From Narcine bancroftii (lineage: Eukaryota): a DNA stretch of 64,000 nucleotides. Below the pieces are notes generated by a model. That model was given only the letters and a program-made list of their open reading frames with translations. It did not search any database and was not told the origin of the DNA. A program made the translations under genes and the position numbers. The stretch's first letter is position 1; each line of letters begins with the position of its first letter. The stretch lies in NCBI RefSeq assembly GCF_036971445.1, contig NC_091470.1, forward strand, positions 142,042,001 through 142,106,000. The letters run 5' to 3'. This document shows positions 25,401 through 36,455 of this stretch, piece after piece.

Positions 25401-25475
25401 GGGACTGCTACCAACTCTCTGGAGAAACACGGCCCAGAGGAGCTCAACACACTGGGAGCTGACTCTCAGGTTTAG
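4473..25475 (+). CDS. SLC2A1: Facilitated glucose transporter GLUT1, complete 10-exon CDS (492 aa)
   Basis: join(4473-4487,10590-10685,15454-15614,16689-16929,18472-18634,19377-19564,20044-20148,21300-21401,24281-24484,25272-25475) = 1479 nt with no internal stop. Internal exon sizes 96/161/241/163/188/105/102/204 match the known GLUT1 pattern. Motifs [63 protein letters not shown], and C-terminal GADSQV diagnostic of GLUT1. Confidence 0.96.
7850..8830 (+). mobile_element. Decayed CR1 LINE fragment hosting the 27-bp array
   Basis: atgattagtaagtttgcaga; gaggctgcatctggagtcttatgtgcagttctg (RPHLEYCVQFW-like); aggctgagggatgaccttgtaaaag. Confidence 0.7.
8132..8482. repeat. 27-bp minisatellite x13 (TACAGACGTACAAGATGTCAGTGAGGC)
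   Basis: 351 bp = 13 x 27; only the first copy differs (T for C). Confidence 0.97.
9800..10400 (-). mobile_element. Decayed CR1 LINE fragment
   Basis: Reverse-strand CR1 phrases (ttttataaacctccattcaatca; gcaaatcttttcttcacc; agttgtaacaaacatgacctc). Confidence 0.5.
10590..10685 (+). CDS. SLC2A1: SLC2A1 exon 2
   Basis: tttcag|[32 protein letters not shown]|gtagga, 96 nt. Confidence 0.96.
12072..12955 (+). mobile_element. Rex1/Babar-type LINE 3' portion
   Basis: [51 protein letters not shown]; FQLLPSGKR...[10 protein letters not shown]; 3' AATAAA followed by (GACTT)n tail. Confidence 0.85.
13613..14080. repeat. 26-bp minisatellite x18 (TATCCTGAGATGCCTCTGGACACCAT) inside a minus-strand CR1 remnant
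   Basis: 468 bp = 18 x 26, copies identical except the last base; flanks (~13440-14095) are CR1-like. Confidence 0.95.
15454..15614 (+). CDS. SLC2A1: SLC2A1 exon 3
   Basis: tgcag|[53 protein letters not shown]|gtaata, 161 nt; contains the exofacial N-glycosylation sequon NNT. Confidence 0.96.
15941..16513. mobile_element. Non-autonomous DNA transposon (MITE) in SLC2A1 intron 3
   Basis: Imperfect terminal inverted repeats GGCCCTTTCATA / TACGAAAAGGCC flanked by TA on both sides; CpG-rich interior. Confidence 0.55.
16689..16929 (+). CDS. SLC2A1: SLC2A1 exon 4
   Basis: ttctag|[12 protein letters not shown]...[32 protein letters not shown]|gtgagc, 241 nt. Confidence 0.97.
18472..18634 (+). CDS. 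SLC2A1: SLC2A1 exon 5
   Basis: ggcag|[18 protein letters not shown]...[20 protein letters not shown]|gtaagt, 163 nt. Confidence 0.96.
19377..19564 (+). CDS. SLC2A1: SLC2A1 exon 6
   Basis: ttctag|[38 protein letters not shown]...[11 protein letters not shown]|gtgagt, 188 nt. Confidence 0.97.
20044..20148 (+). CDS. SLC2A1: SLC2A1 exon 7
   Basis: ctccag|[35 protein letters not shown]|gtaggt, 105 nt. Confidence 0.97.
21300..21401 (+). CDS. SLC2A1: SLC2A1 exon 8
   Basis: TACTAAC branch point at 21274-21280; ctgcag|[34 protein letters not shown]|gtaaga, 102 nt. Confidence 0.97.
21535..22484 (+). repeat. G-rich minisatellite array A, unit TCTGGGCTGGCCTT(G)n, about 40 copies
   Basis: Directly visible; G-run length varies between copies. 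Confidence 0.97.
22560..22850 (+). mobile_element. tRNA-derived SINE remnant
   Basis: gtggcacagcgggtaatactgctgcc...ggtttgatcttggcctcc...tgtggagtctgcatgtcctc; related copies near 18770, 27890, 30390, 42800, 43100, 58700 and 62100. Confidence 0.65.
23178..24200 (+). repeat. G-rich minisatellite array B, same unit as array A, about 45 copies
   Basis: Directly visible; ends about 80 bp upstream of the exon 9 acceptor. Confidence 0.97.
24281..24484 (+). CDS. SLC2A1: SLC2A1 exon 9
   Basis: gagcag|[45 protein letters not shown]...FQYVE|gtaggt, 204 nt; exact acceptor is ambiguous among tandem AGs. Confidence 0.93.
25272..25475 (+). CDS. SLC2A1: SLC2A1 exon 10 (coding part)
   Basis: ttacag|[11 protein letters not shown]...[19 protein letters not shown]...LGADSQV*. 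Confidence 0.97.
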   Translation, partial: QICGPYVFIIFTVLLVLFFVFTYFKVPETKGRTFDEIASGFRQGTATNSLEKHGPEELNTLGADSQV

Positions 25476-27610
25476 CAGGTGACTGGACCACTGATGGAGA
25501 CTGGGGTTCAAGGGGACTGAGTAGCTCACATGCTGACAAAGACCGAAGGGAGGGCGACTGGCCAATCAGGAGGTTCCTGTTGTGGTGTAGGAAGCAAGCT
25601 CCAATTTTCCTGGCAGTCCACATCTCCACTTTTGTAAAATCTCTTGCTTGGACTTATACAACTAACTTTTTGAATATCTTACAGTCTTGACTGGTGTAAC
25701 CATCAATTAATGTTTTAAAGCTTTCCATGTATAGGATTAAATATATATATGTGGGAGATGTTTATAGTGTGTATAGTACAATAAATTATAGAGCTAATGT
25801 AAATATGAGCCAGAAGCGCAATATAAATGTACAAACATCATAGAATTCACTCTAGTTTCTGCAGATCTTGGTTGTCTGTGAATAGTTTCTTGTTGTACAG
25901 CATATGTTGTCGACAGCTAATTCAGATTCACTGGCAACCCATAATATTTTTTTAAAGATTTGTAAGTTTGTCATACAAAAAAAATGTTTGTCATAAATGA
26001 AGAGCATTTGAACTTGTAATTCCTGTTGGTAATATAGCTGAATAAATCCCTGGTCAATGCTTGTTTTTCTGCCTGTTAACATGGATATTTGAGATGAATA
26101 AACTAGTAGGGGAAGATCATCAAAAAAAATTTTTGTACTTGTCTGTCAATCAGACAGCCGTTCCCAGGCAGTGAATGCATTATTCTGATTACTCCCAATC
26201 ACTGTTTCAAGCATCTTTAAGTAAATCTTTGTACATCCAGAGAAGGATGAGGTACAGGAGGGCTACAGGATTTTGATGTACTTAACAACATATCAGTGAG
26301 ATCTGACCCAACATACCACAGTAGCTTTCTTTGTGAAAGCTAACTGGTACTTTACGATATTTAAAAAAAAATATGCAAGTATACTCCATCGCTAAAGTTG
26401 GCAAAACAAGTGAGTTGTTTAGCAGACAAAGAAATGCTGGAGGAATTTTGCAAGATGAGAGGGAAGGGGATGATGCTAGGTATTAAAAGTGGGTGGAGAT
26501 GAAGTACAGGTATTGGACAGGTGTGTGAGGTGGAGACCGGGAGAAAGCGTACCAGTGGGGGGTTGGAAGGTGTATTGGACAGAAGGTGTGGGAGGTGGAG
26601 AGGGAGAAAACATGGTGGGAAGAAGCAGTTAGAGAAAGGGAAATATTTTTATTTGTCTTCTCTCTAAATTCAATATTGGTTGCATGTGTGGAGTAAGGAT
26701 GGTGTCTGTGGCCATCTGCTGTTCACTCCAGAGTCAACCCTGCACATTACCTCTCCTCCCTCCCCCAAATCTAAAGAGCTTCTGGTTCCCACATATTGCC
26801 TGTTCCCAATTTTTTGCAAGGTTTGGCACTGATTTCTCCCAGATTTGCTTGGTGTGCACTTCTGCTTTGACCCAGGGTGAAGCAGCAATGGCATCCTCTG
26901 CCTCTGGAGGAGTCTGGTGTCCCAACCAGCATCTTCTCTGTCTGCCCTTCATGCTCTGTCTCTGCACCACTCCCCAATGCACATGTCAATGTGTGTCTGA
27001 GCCCAATCTGGATAAAATGGGAGTCCATTTTGTACCATCCCCATTTATTTGGGTTGAACTCCAAAATACATGGAATGCAAACTAATTTAAGCAAGGAATT
27101 ATTTTTAACATTGGAAGATTTTGTAGCTCTTTTCAGGATAAAGTAGGAAAAGGAATAAACGAATTTCTGCAGTTGGATGGACAATATTTTAGCAAACTTA
27201 AGTGTGCTTGATAACTTTTTGCCTGATAATATGAGGGAAAATGCTTGTTCAAAGTAAGCCATGCGGCCGATGGAAGAACATCTACCCATAGTGTGAGATC
27301 TGATCTCGGATAGTCCCTGGTCTGCACTGCCACAAGCCCTGATTTATTTTTAAAGATGGAAGAATGCATTTAACCAGAAAATGATCTCCCTTGGAGAATA
27401 AGTGACATGGAATTCTTGGTTGTTTTTATATTACCATTATTTTGATTTGTAACTTCAGTAGCAATAAATGTGTCCACTGGAGACTGAATAATGCAAATCC
27501 TCGTGAAAAGTGAATCTAGCACTGCACTTCGTAGTGTTTGTACACATTTTGTAATCTTTTCTGAAAATCTCACCTTTGTGACAACTAAGCTGAAAAATAA
27601 AAAGAACTAA
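25476..27610 (+). other. Probable SLC2A1 3'UTR with candidate poly(A) signals
   Basis: AT-rich sequence; AATAAA at 25780, 26041, 26097, 27463 and ~27596; Pumilio-type TGTAAATA at 25798-25805. True 3' end unknown. Confidence 0.45.
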
Positions 27611-28616
27611 AAGTTCATGGCTCCATGTTTTTGGTGACTTCCTGAATTAGAGAATGTGGTTATCTCAAAGTCCACATTTACAGATCTGGAATCTAAATCC
27701 CAACGCTGATAGTTGAACATTTAAATAATTAGGAATTAAACACTACCTTTTGAGAACTCCAACTAAATGTAACATTGTTTGTTTACTCCAGATGATTGTT
27801 ATCAGAAGCCATCTCTGTAATGGTTTCAGAAAAGATGTGGGTGAGGAGCAGCAGTTAACTCTGTAGGTCTGCAATCAAGCCATCTTATCTCAGCATGGTG
27901 CAGTCAGTCAACTGACTGCCTCGGTTCTCGAGACCCAGGTTTAATCCTGACTGGGTGCTGTCTGCTTAGAGTTGAAAATTCTCCGTTTTCCTGCCCAAGG
28001 TCCGTTTTCCTCCCACGTCCCAGAGATTGGCCAGTGTGCAGCTGGCTGGTATAAACCAGAAAGTTGTTGAGAAGATGGGGAGAATAAATTGGGACCAGTG
28101 AAGGATGGGTTTAAAGGGTGGCTTAAGGTCAGTAGGCTGAAGAGCCCATATTTTGTGCTGGACAATTCTGTTCAGCATTTGATGCAGGGATGGGTACTTT
28201 CAGGCTGGACCAGAATTATTGCATTTGTGCTAATGTGCTGTCTGTTGTTGGGATCTAGCCTCAGCTGGTTGACCCAGGTAGCTGCAGGTCTTGGTGTTTG
28301 GGGAAATAAATGCAGATGATGGAACCTTGAGGAAAGAATAAGCTGCAGGAGGTACTTGGCAGGTGAGAAGTGGTCGGTGATTCCGGTCCGCACAGCACAG
28401 AATGGCCCTTCGGCCCAACATCTATGCTGATCATTCTGGGTGTGTCCTATTTGCCTGCATTTGATCTATATCCTTCCTTCCCATCAAGATATCTGTCCAA
28501 TGTCTTGATTGCTAGAAATATACCTGTTTTTACAGTGTCCTCTGGCAGCTTGCTCGTTCTAAATACGGAGCACCCTCTGAGGGGAAAAAAGTTTCCCCCT
28601 CCCAAGGTCTCTCTAA

Positions 28617-28744
28617 AAGTGGTTCTCAACTGTTTTCTTTCCACTCACATCCCACTTTGTATTCCCCATGCCATCAGTGCTCTGTGATTAGTAAGGGATT
28701 GCTTAAGGTGGGATGTGGGTGGGATGGAAGGTTGAGAATCACTG
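28617..28744. mobile_element. hAT/Charlie-like MITE
   Basis: TIRs AGTGGTTCTCAAC / GTTGAGAATCACTG with subterminal CACATCCCAC/GTGGGATGTG; right flank TTCTAGAC fits the Charlie NTCTAGAN target; a further TIR-like copy lies at ~28855-28900. Confidence 0.65.
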
Positions 28745-29380
28745 TTCTAGACCCAATTGTTACTGAGATATTTTGCTTGAGAAAAATGGTCATTGGCCCA
28801 TTTCCTTTAGAGTTCTGAAACCGTGCACATAATGAGTCAATGAGGATTAAAACGGGTTTTCAGACTTTTCCATCCCAGCCACATCCCAGTTGAAGTGATC
28901 CCTCTACCAAGGTGTGAGGGGTACTCACCGACCGTGGTGTGGAGATTCAGCCATGGCTGAGAGGACAAAGGTGAGCCGCTGCCTCGCTGGAGGTCGGCGG
29001 TTCTTTGCTGGGTTGAGAGGCAGGGACGAGCGTCCGATGCAACGGGAGTTGGGGACTTGCCCAGGACAAGACCGCCAATGGGTGGGCTTCACAGGTAGGG
29101 CGATGCCGGGCGGCTCGCGACGCGGGAACGTGGCTGGGCGCGAGCTGGTTTCCAGACTGCTGGCGGACAACCTGAGCTGAGGAAGGGCCACGGCCCCTCG
29201 TACCGCTTCCCTCTAAACCTGGATTCCATTCTCTTCATCCCTGAAACTTTCCTGCTTGTTATTGCAGGGTAAATGGATAAATTCATTATTCCAAAAGGGA
29301 ATATTTAAAAAAAATAAATTGTGCGTTAATGGAAAATTGGAGACAGTGTGATTGTAGTTAACGCAGAGAAACGCTGGAGC

Positions 29381-29596
29381 TGGAGGAACCTCCTGTAGAG
29401 AAACCACCTCCTGTGGAGGAACCTCCACCTCCTGTGGAGGACCCTCCACCTCCAGTGGAGGAACCCTCCACCTCCAGTGGAGGAACCCTCCACCTCCAGT
29501 GGAGGAACCCTCCACCTCCAGTGGAGGAACCCTCCACCTCCAGTGGAGGAACCTTCCACCTCCAGTGGAGGAACCCTCCACCTCCTGTGGAGGAAC
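29381..29596. repeat. 22-bp minisatellite (GTGGAGGAACCCTCCACCTCCA), about 9-10 copies with degenerate ends
   Basis: Directly visible; the unit is internally self-complementary. Confidence 0.9.
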
Positions 29597-30839
29597 GACT
29601 GGGATCCTCTACCACCTACTGTGTTAATGGGAAAATCATCCAATCGACTGAAAAACTGCTCATCGCCCAGCAACACTACTCCCCAGGGGCCAGAAGAAAT
29701 TTTACTTCATGTCCAAGAGGGCACATGAGTTTCCAGCAGCAGCAGCAAGGATGCAGATTCCAGAGGTTGTAGGGCTGCAGAGGAATGCGGGGGCTGACCA
29801 CTGGGCCGGACTCTGGCTGCACCAGGAGGACACGGGCTCCTCTGCAGGGTTAAGATGCTTGAGTATGGCAGGAGCAAGTGGGCTTCTTCAAGATTGGAGT
29901 GCTCTCCCAGGCTCAGGGCTGGGTTGCCTGTCAAACTGAGGAAAGCAATGAGAATTGCCAACAGAGGATGCTTCGCAGCAAGTGAATGGGACATCTGGAA
30001 AAAGGGTTGCACGTTAGGGACTGGACTTGGCCGTGTCGTCCAGGGCATGGCGTTTCCGGGGAATACCTACAGAAATCTCTCCTTTCATGATGAGGAGCAG
30101 GAAAGTCTACAGATGCTGTATTTGTAGTAGAATACATGCAAGTTCTGAAGAAACTCAGCAAGTCAAGCAGCTTCCATAGGAAGTAAAAGGTCACCAACAT
30201 TCTGTGCCTGAGCCCTTCATCAAGATATCTTGATGAAGGACCCAGTTCTGAATCATTCAGCATATATGTGTGTTCCCCTTTAATGATGAGGCCTATTTCT
30301 AGTTAGGGCTTTTGATAGATGACACACTAGTTAATGTAAACCAAGTAACCAACTACTGTGGAAATCTAAAATATTCTCATCAAGAAAGGGTGGCACAGGT
30401 GGTGCAAGATGAAGAACCATTCCTCACAGCTCCCTAAGACCTAGGTTCAATCCCACCTCTGGCACTGTTGGTGTGGAGTTTGCATGTTCTCTGTGACAAC
30501 GTGGGTTTATCCTGGATGCTTCAGATCTGTCCCTATCATATCATTTCAAATGCCCAATGAGCTGCTCATAAAGTTCAGAAGCTACGTCAAGTCCCTATTG
30601 ATAGCAATTCATGTATTCTGGTGTTACAATGCATAGGAAACTCGCTCCACCGTGAACTTCATTGCCAAATTAGTGCTCTGTGCTGTATTATTTTGAAACA
30701 TCTGTGCATTTCTGGTTTCAGGACAAAATAAAGGATCTATTTGCCTTGGAGATAGCATGATGAAGGTCAATTCCTGGGACAAGATCAAGTAGAATGGGTA
30801 TGTTTGCTGGAACACTGAGAGGTGAGGGCAAGATAGTAA

Positions 30840-33275
30840 CAGAAAACTTACAGCACAATACAGGCCCTTCAGCCCACAAAGTTGGGCCAAACATGTCCCT
30901 ACCATAAAAATTACTAGTCTTTCCTATCATCCTCTATTTTGCTTATTTCCATGTATCTATCCAAAAGTCTCTTAAAGTACCCTAACATCTGCCTGCATCA
31001 CCGATGCCAACATCTCATTCCATACACCCACCATTTTCTGACATCTCTTACTGCTGACATCTCTGTACCTACTCCCCAGCACCTTAGACCCTTGTCCTCT
31101 TGTGGCAACCATTTCTGACCTGGGAAAAACCCTCTGACTATCTGCATGATCAATGCCTCTCATCATCTTATACACCTCTATTAAGTCACCTCTCATCCTC
31201 TGCCGCTCCAAGAAAAAAAAGCCGAGTTCACTCTACCTGTTTTTATAAGACACACTCCCTAAATCAGGCAACATCCTTGTAAATCTCTGCGCTCTTTCTA
31301 TGGCTTCCAGGACTTCACACAATTCTCCAAGTGGGGTCTGACCAGTATTATGAGGAGAGGATCCCAAAACCCAGCAGCAATAGATTTTCACCAAGACAAA
31401 TCGTTTCTTAAACAAAAGTTGCTTTTAATTATCTTTAAACATGAAAACAGAATCACACTTTAATTTATCACTATTGTCTTAACTAACCTAACTTAACCCC
31501 CTTCTAATTCTAAGCGCACGTGTATGTAATGTGTGTGTGTAAGTTCAGAAAAGTTTGTTGATTCACAGTCCAACCTCACTTCTCATTCCTCCAAGTTCAC
31601 TGGATGCAGGCAATTCTTATACTGTGCACAGAATGTAACATTTATAAAGTTCACCAGGCTTTGATGATTGAAAGGTAAATGGTTACCACTCAGGAAGGTT
31701 CTTGTCAGCTTTCAGAGAGAGATTTGTTGTTTCAGGGCACCCACAACTGATTCCTTTTTAATCAGCCACTTCAATTCCCTCAGGGTTCTCCAGATGATAA
31801 CCTCTTTCTTTCAGGTCACCACAGAGTGCCTTTTCTGTTTCTCTTATTTCAAGTGAAACATTAGACTGCCAGTCCTCTCCTCTTGCATGAACCACAAGAG
31901 CATTGAACAGGCTGAACTAAACCCATCTTCTAAATGGGGTTTTCCACAAGCTTGCCAGCTTGTCCTGTTCCAGCCTCAGTTGCTGCTGCTGACTGTAAAA
32001 CTGTAGAACTGATCTCTCTCTCTCTCTCTCTCTCTCTTTCTGAGAGAAAAAAAAACCTGTTTGACTCTCTCTGCTTGCAAAACCACATGACCTTCCTTTC
32101 ACTCCAGACAGAACGTGTCTCCGACAAATTCTTCCATCTGTTGCCTTTTTGTAAACAACAATCCATTAGAGAAGTCTCGGGCCCTCTCCAAAGCTTCTGG
32201 GTCTGATATGTCTAGCATTAGCAGAGCTCCAGTATTTTAAATAAGATCTGTTTTAAAGTGTTTGTATGTTACCTACACTAAAAATCCTGCCCCAATTTAT
32301 CTCCCAAAAGCATATCTATATTCTGTCACACCAGGATCCTATACAGCTGAAACATTACCTCTCAGCTCCTAAATTCATTTCCACGATAAATGAAGGCCAA
32401 TACACTGTATGCCTTCTTAATCATGAAATCAACTTGCACAGCTGCTTTGTGTGTCCTATGGACTTGGACCCTAAGATACCTCTGATCCTCCACACTGCCA
32501 ATAGTCTTACCATTAATACTATATTCTGTCATCATATTTGACCTACCAAAATGAACCACTTCACACTTACCTGGATTGAATTAAAAAAACTCAGCCAAGT
32601 TTTGCATCCTATAAATGTCCCGCTGTAACCTTTGACAACCCTTCACACTATCCAGAACCCCACCCCCCCCCCCCCAATCTTTGTGTCATCAGCAAATATA
32701 CTAACCCATCCCTCCACTTCCTCATCCAGGTCATTTATAAAAATCACGAAGAGTAATTTTCTATCCCAGAATGGATCCCTGGTCATTGACCTCCATGCAG
32801 AATATGACCCATCTACAACCACTCTTTTCTTTCTGTGGGGATCCAATTCTTGATCCACAAAGCAATGTCCCCTTGGATCCCAAGCCTCCTTACTTTCTCA
32901 ATAAGCCTTGCATGGGGAACCTTATCAAATCCATATACACGACATCTACTGCTCTTCCACCATCAATATGTTTAGTCACATCCTCAAAAAATTCAATCAG
33001 GTTCTTAAGGCACAACCTGCCCTTGACAAAGCCAAGTTGTCTATTCCTAATCATATTATATCTCTCCAAATGTTCATAAATCCTGCCTTTCAAGATCTCC
33101 ATCAACTTACCAACCACTGAAGTAAGACTCACTGGCCTATAATTTCCTAGGCTCTCTCTACTCCATTTCTTTAATAAAGGAACAATATCTGCAACCATCC
33201 ACTCCTCTGGAACCTCTCCCATCTCCATTGATGATTCAAAGATTATCACCAGAGGTTCAGCAATCTCCTCCCTCA
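30840..33275 (-). mobile_element. CR1 LINE ORF2 (RT) 3' part, interrupted by a solo LTR
   Basis: LGNYRPVSLTSVVGKLME, NLIEFFEDVT, FVIFINDLDEEVEGWVSIFADDTKIGG and RMRGDLIEVYKMMRG in successive minus-strand ORFs. Confidence 0.92.
31346..32330 (-). mobile_element. Solo LTR (~1 kb) with 4-bp TSD CCAG
   Basis: CCAG at 31342-31345 and 32331-32334; CR1 sequence is contiguous once it is removed; reverse-complement homolog of 39665-40709. Confidence 0.85.
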
Positions 33276-33631
33276 GCAGTCAGGATAAAGGAGCTGGTGA
33301 TTTAGGAGGAAGATGAAGAGGCATATCTTCACTCATGGTTTTGTGAACCTTTATAATCTTCTGTGCCATGGTGATAAGTGTTGAGTTGCTGAGCACATCT
33401 GAGGTGGTTGAAGGAAGTGGCAGTTTGAAGATGACCAGCCATGACTCCCTGAGTGAGTGAATTGCCTGACCCTGCTCTGACTGAACACTTTCAGAGTTTC
33501 CCAATGTCATACCTTTGCATGGTTGTCATGTTTCTCGTCATTGGATGTTTCAAATAGCCAGTGACAGTGCTGTTCTGTACTTTTAATGCCCTGGTTTCAG
33601 ATTCAAGTTTTACTTTATTGTCATGTAGTAG

Positions 33632-35365
33632 TCTTCTTTTTTGGCTTGGCTTCGCGGACAAAGATTTATGGAGGGGGTAAAAAGTCCACGTCAGCTGCAG
33701 GCTCGTTTGTGGCTGACAAGTCCGATGCGGGACAGGCAGACACGATTGCAGCGGTTGCAAGGGAAAATTGGTTGGTTGGGGTTGGGTGTTGGGTTTTTCC
33801 TCCTTTGCCTTTTGTCAGTGAGGTGGGCTCTGCGGTCTTCTTCAAAGGAGGTTGCTGCCCGCCAAACTGTGAGGCGCCAAGATGCACGGTTTGAGGCGTT
33901 ATCAGCCCACTGGCGGTGGTCAATGTGGCAGGCACCAAGAGATTTCTTTAGGCAGTCCTTGTACCTTTTCTTTGGTGCACCTCTGTCACAGTGGCCAGTG
34001 GAGAGCTCGCCATATAACACGATCTTGGGAAGGCGATGGTCCTCCATTCTGGAGACGTGACCCATCCAGCGCAGCTGGATCTTCAGCAGCGTGGACTCGA
34101 TGCTGTCGACCTCTGCCATCTCGAGTACTTCGACGTTAGGGGTGTAAGCGCTCCAATGGATGTTGAGGATGGAGCGGAGACAACGCTGGTGGAAGCGTTC
34201 TAGGAGCCGTAGGTGGTGCCGGTAGAGGACCCATGATTCGGAGCCGAACAGGAGTGTGGGTATGACAACGGCTCTGTATACGCTTATCTTTGTGAGGTTT
34301 TTCAGTTGGTTGTTTTTCCAGACTCTTTTGTGTAGTCTTCCAAAGGCGCTATTTTCCTTGGCGAGTCTGTTGTCTATCTCATTGTCGATCCTTGCATCTG
34401 ATGAAATGGTGCAGCCGAGATAGGTAAACTGGTTGACCGTTTTGAGTTTTGTGTGCCCGATGGAGATGTGGGGGGGCTGGTAGTCATGGTGGGGAGCTGG
34501 CTGATGGAGGACCTCAGTTTTCTTCAGGCTGACTTCCAGGCCAAACATTTTGGCAGTTTCCGCAAAGCAGGACGTCAAGCGCTGAAGAGCTGGCTCTGAA
34601 TGGGCAACTAAAGCGGCATCATCTGCAAAGAGTAGTTCACGGACAAGTTTCTCTTGTGTCTTGGTGTGAGCTTGCAGGCGCCTCAGATTGAAGAGACTGC
34701 CATCCGTGCGGTACCGGATGTAAACAGCGTCTTCATTGTTGGGGTCTTTCATGGCTTGGTTCAGCATCATGCTGAAGAAGATTGAAAAGAGGGTTGGTGC
34801 GAGAACACAGCCTTGCTTCACGCCATTGTTAATGGAGAAGGGTTCAGAGAGCTCATTTCTGTATCTGACCCGACCTTGTTGGTTTTCGTGCAGTTGGATA
34901 ATCATGTTGAGGAACTTTGGGGGACATCCGATGCGCTCTAGAATTTGCCAAAGCCCTTTCCTGCTCACGGTGTCGAAGGCTTTGGTGAGGTCAACAAAGG
35001 TGATGTAGAGTCCTTTGTTTTGTTCTCTGCACTTTTCTTGGAGCTGTCTGAGGGCAAAGACCATGTCAGTGGTTCCTCTGTTTGCGCGAAAGCCGCACTG
35101 TGATTCTGGGAGAATATTCTCGGCGACACTAGGTATTATTCTATTTAGTAGAATCCTAGCGAAGATTTTGCCTGCAATGGAGAGCAACGTGATTCCCCTG
35201 TAGTTTGAGCAGTCTGATTTCTCGCCTTTGTTTTTGTACAGGGTGATGATGGTGGCATCACGAAGATCCTGAGGCAGTTTACCTTGGTCCCAACAAAGCT
35301 TGAAAAACTCATGCAGTTTGGCATGCAGAGTTTTGCCGCCAGCCTTCCAGACTTCTGGGGGGATT
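33632..35365 (-). mobile_element. Young 5'-truncated RTE-clade LINE with an uninterrupted RT reading frame
   Basis: 563-aa ORF with NYRGITLLS, ESQCGFR, FVDLTKAFDTV, GVKQGCVLAP, LLFADDAAL and a C-terminal Cys/His motif; 3' tail GCCAAGCCAAAAAAGAAGA. Confidence 0.95.
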
Positions 35366-36455
35366 GAACAAGTATAGAACAAGTAATATTACATGAAGTG
35401 GGTAAAACACCAAGTCTGCTGACACCATGATTGAGGTAAAGATCACAATGCTAGAATTGTGTTTTTGATATTACATGAAATTGCCTTCTGCCTGCTGTAA
35501 GGCAGGCAAAGACTTGTATTAGTGTCGCCCGGCGCCCCTCACAATCAGCCAAAGAGAAGCCAAAGAGATTCCCTTTAGAGTCACTGAGTGTCCGTGGATT
35601 CGCCTGCAGCACTCTCACAGCCACTGCAGCCTTTTGAAACCTGTACGGAACTGTCAGCATTAGGATTGAACTGTTGATCCATTCAGAGCAGCGAAGTGTC
35701 TCCGTTCTTCCTGGGTCCTCATCGGTGACATTGCCAACGATACAGCGGCTCCAGCAGCACAATGATACTTATTTTTCATTTTCATTTGGTAAGACAGCCA
35801 CTGATTGCGGTTGAGTCGGTAAATGTCCTGTAATCTGCGAGTTGTTTTATGCTGTAAAGTCAATTACATTGCATGATTGACAGATGCGTTAAAAAGATGG
35901 CAGAGGAGGCAGAATAAAAGGATTTCATTCACACAGCATTGCCAATGTTTTGAACACATTCTGTGATTAATTAGAGGATTATTGTTCTTTATTTGCAGCT
36001 GACTTTTTCTAACAGTCAGGCTGGTTATAATTTGGTCATTTCAAGATGTCAAATGTGATTTTAAAAAAATGGAAATGTTTTTGAAATTGTTCTGCATGCT
36101 GTTACGAAAAGATCAGAGTGAATGAGTCACTCTACCCAGTGATTATTTACAGCTGTCCAAGTTTTAATTTTGCCCTTGATCATTTTTACATTATTCAAAT
36201 CCATTTCTTTACACTGCAAAGTCTTCCTCCGTATTTTTCTTACATGAGCATTTTTAAATCTGTGGATGGCTGTAATCCAGGCTCTCATCTCACTCCTGAT
36301 TGGGTTCATCCAGGCTGGGAGGAGCTACTAGCAGCTGTGTGTTCCTGATTGAAAGGCCCCATCACAGCAAGATTCCCCCTCATATGGACCAATCCGGCCC
36401 AGGGCAATCTCCCCTGCTTCAGCAAAATACCAACAATGGAGTTGAAGGAGGAAAA

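Noticed and set aside
4473-25475. Assignment to SLC2A3 or SLC2A4
   Set aside because: C-terminal [22 protein letters not shown] and EENKAKSVLKKLRG match GLUT1 rather than GLUT3 or GLUT4.
33691-35382. 563-aa reverse transcriptase as a host gene or retron-like system
   Set aside because: It is a 5'-truncated RTE LINE lacking the endonuclease; the start codon comes from flanking DNA and sister copies lie nearby.
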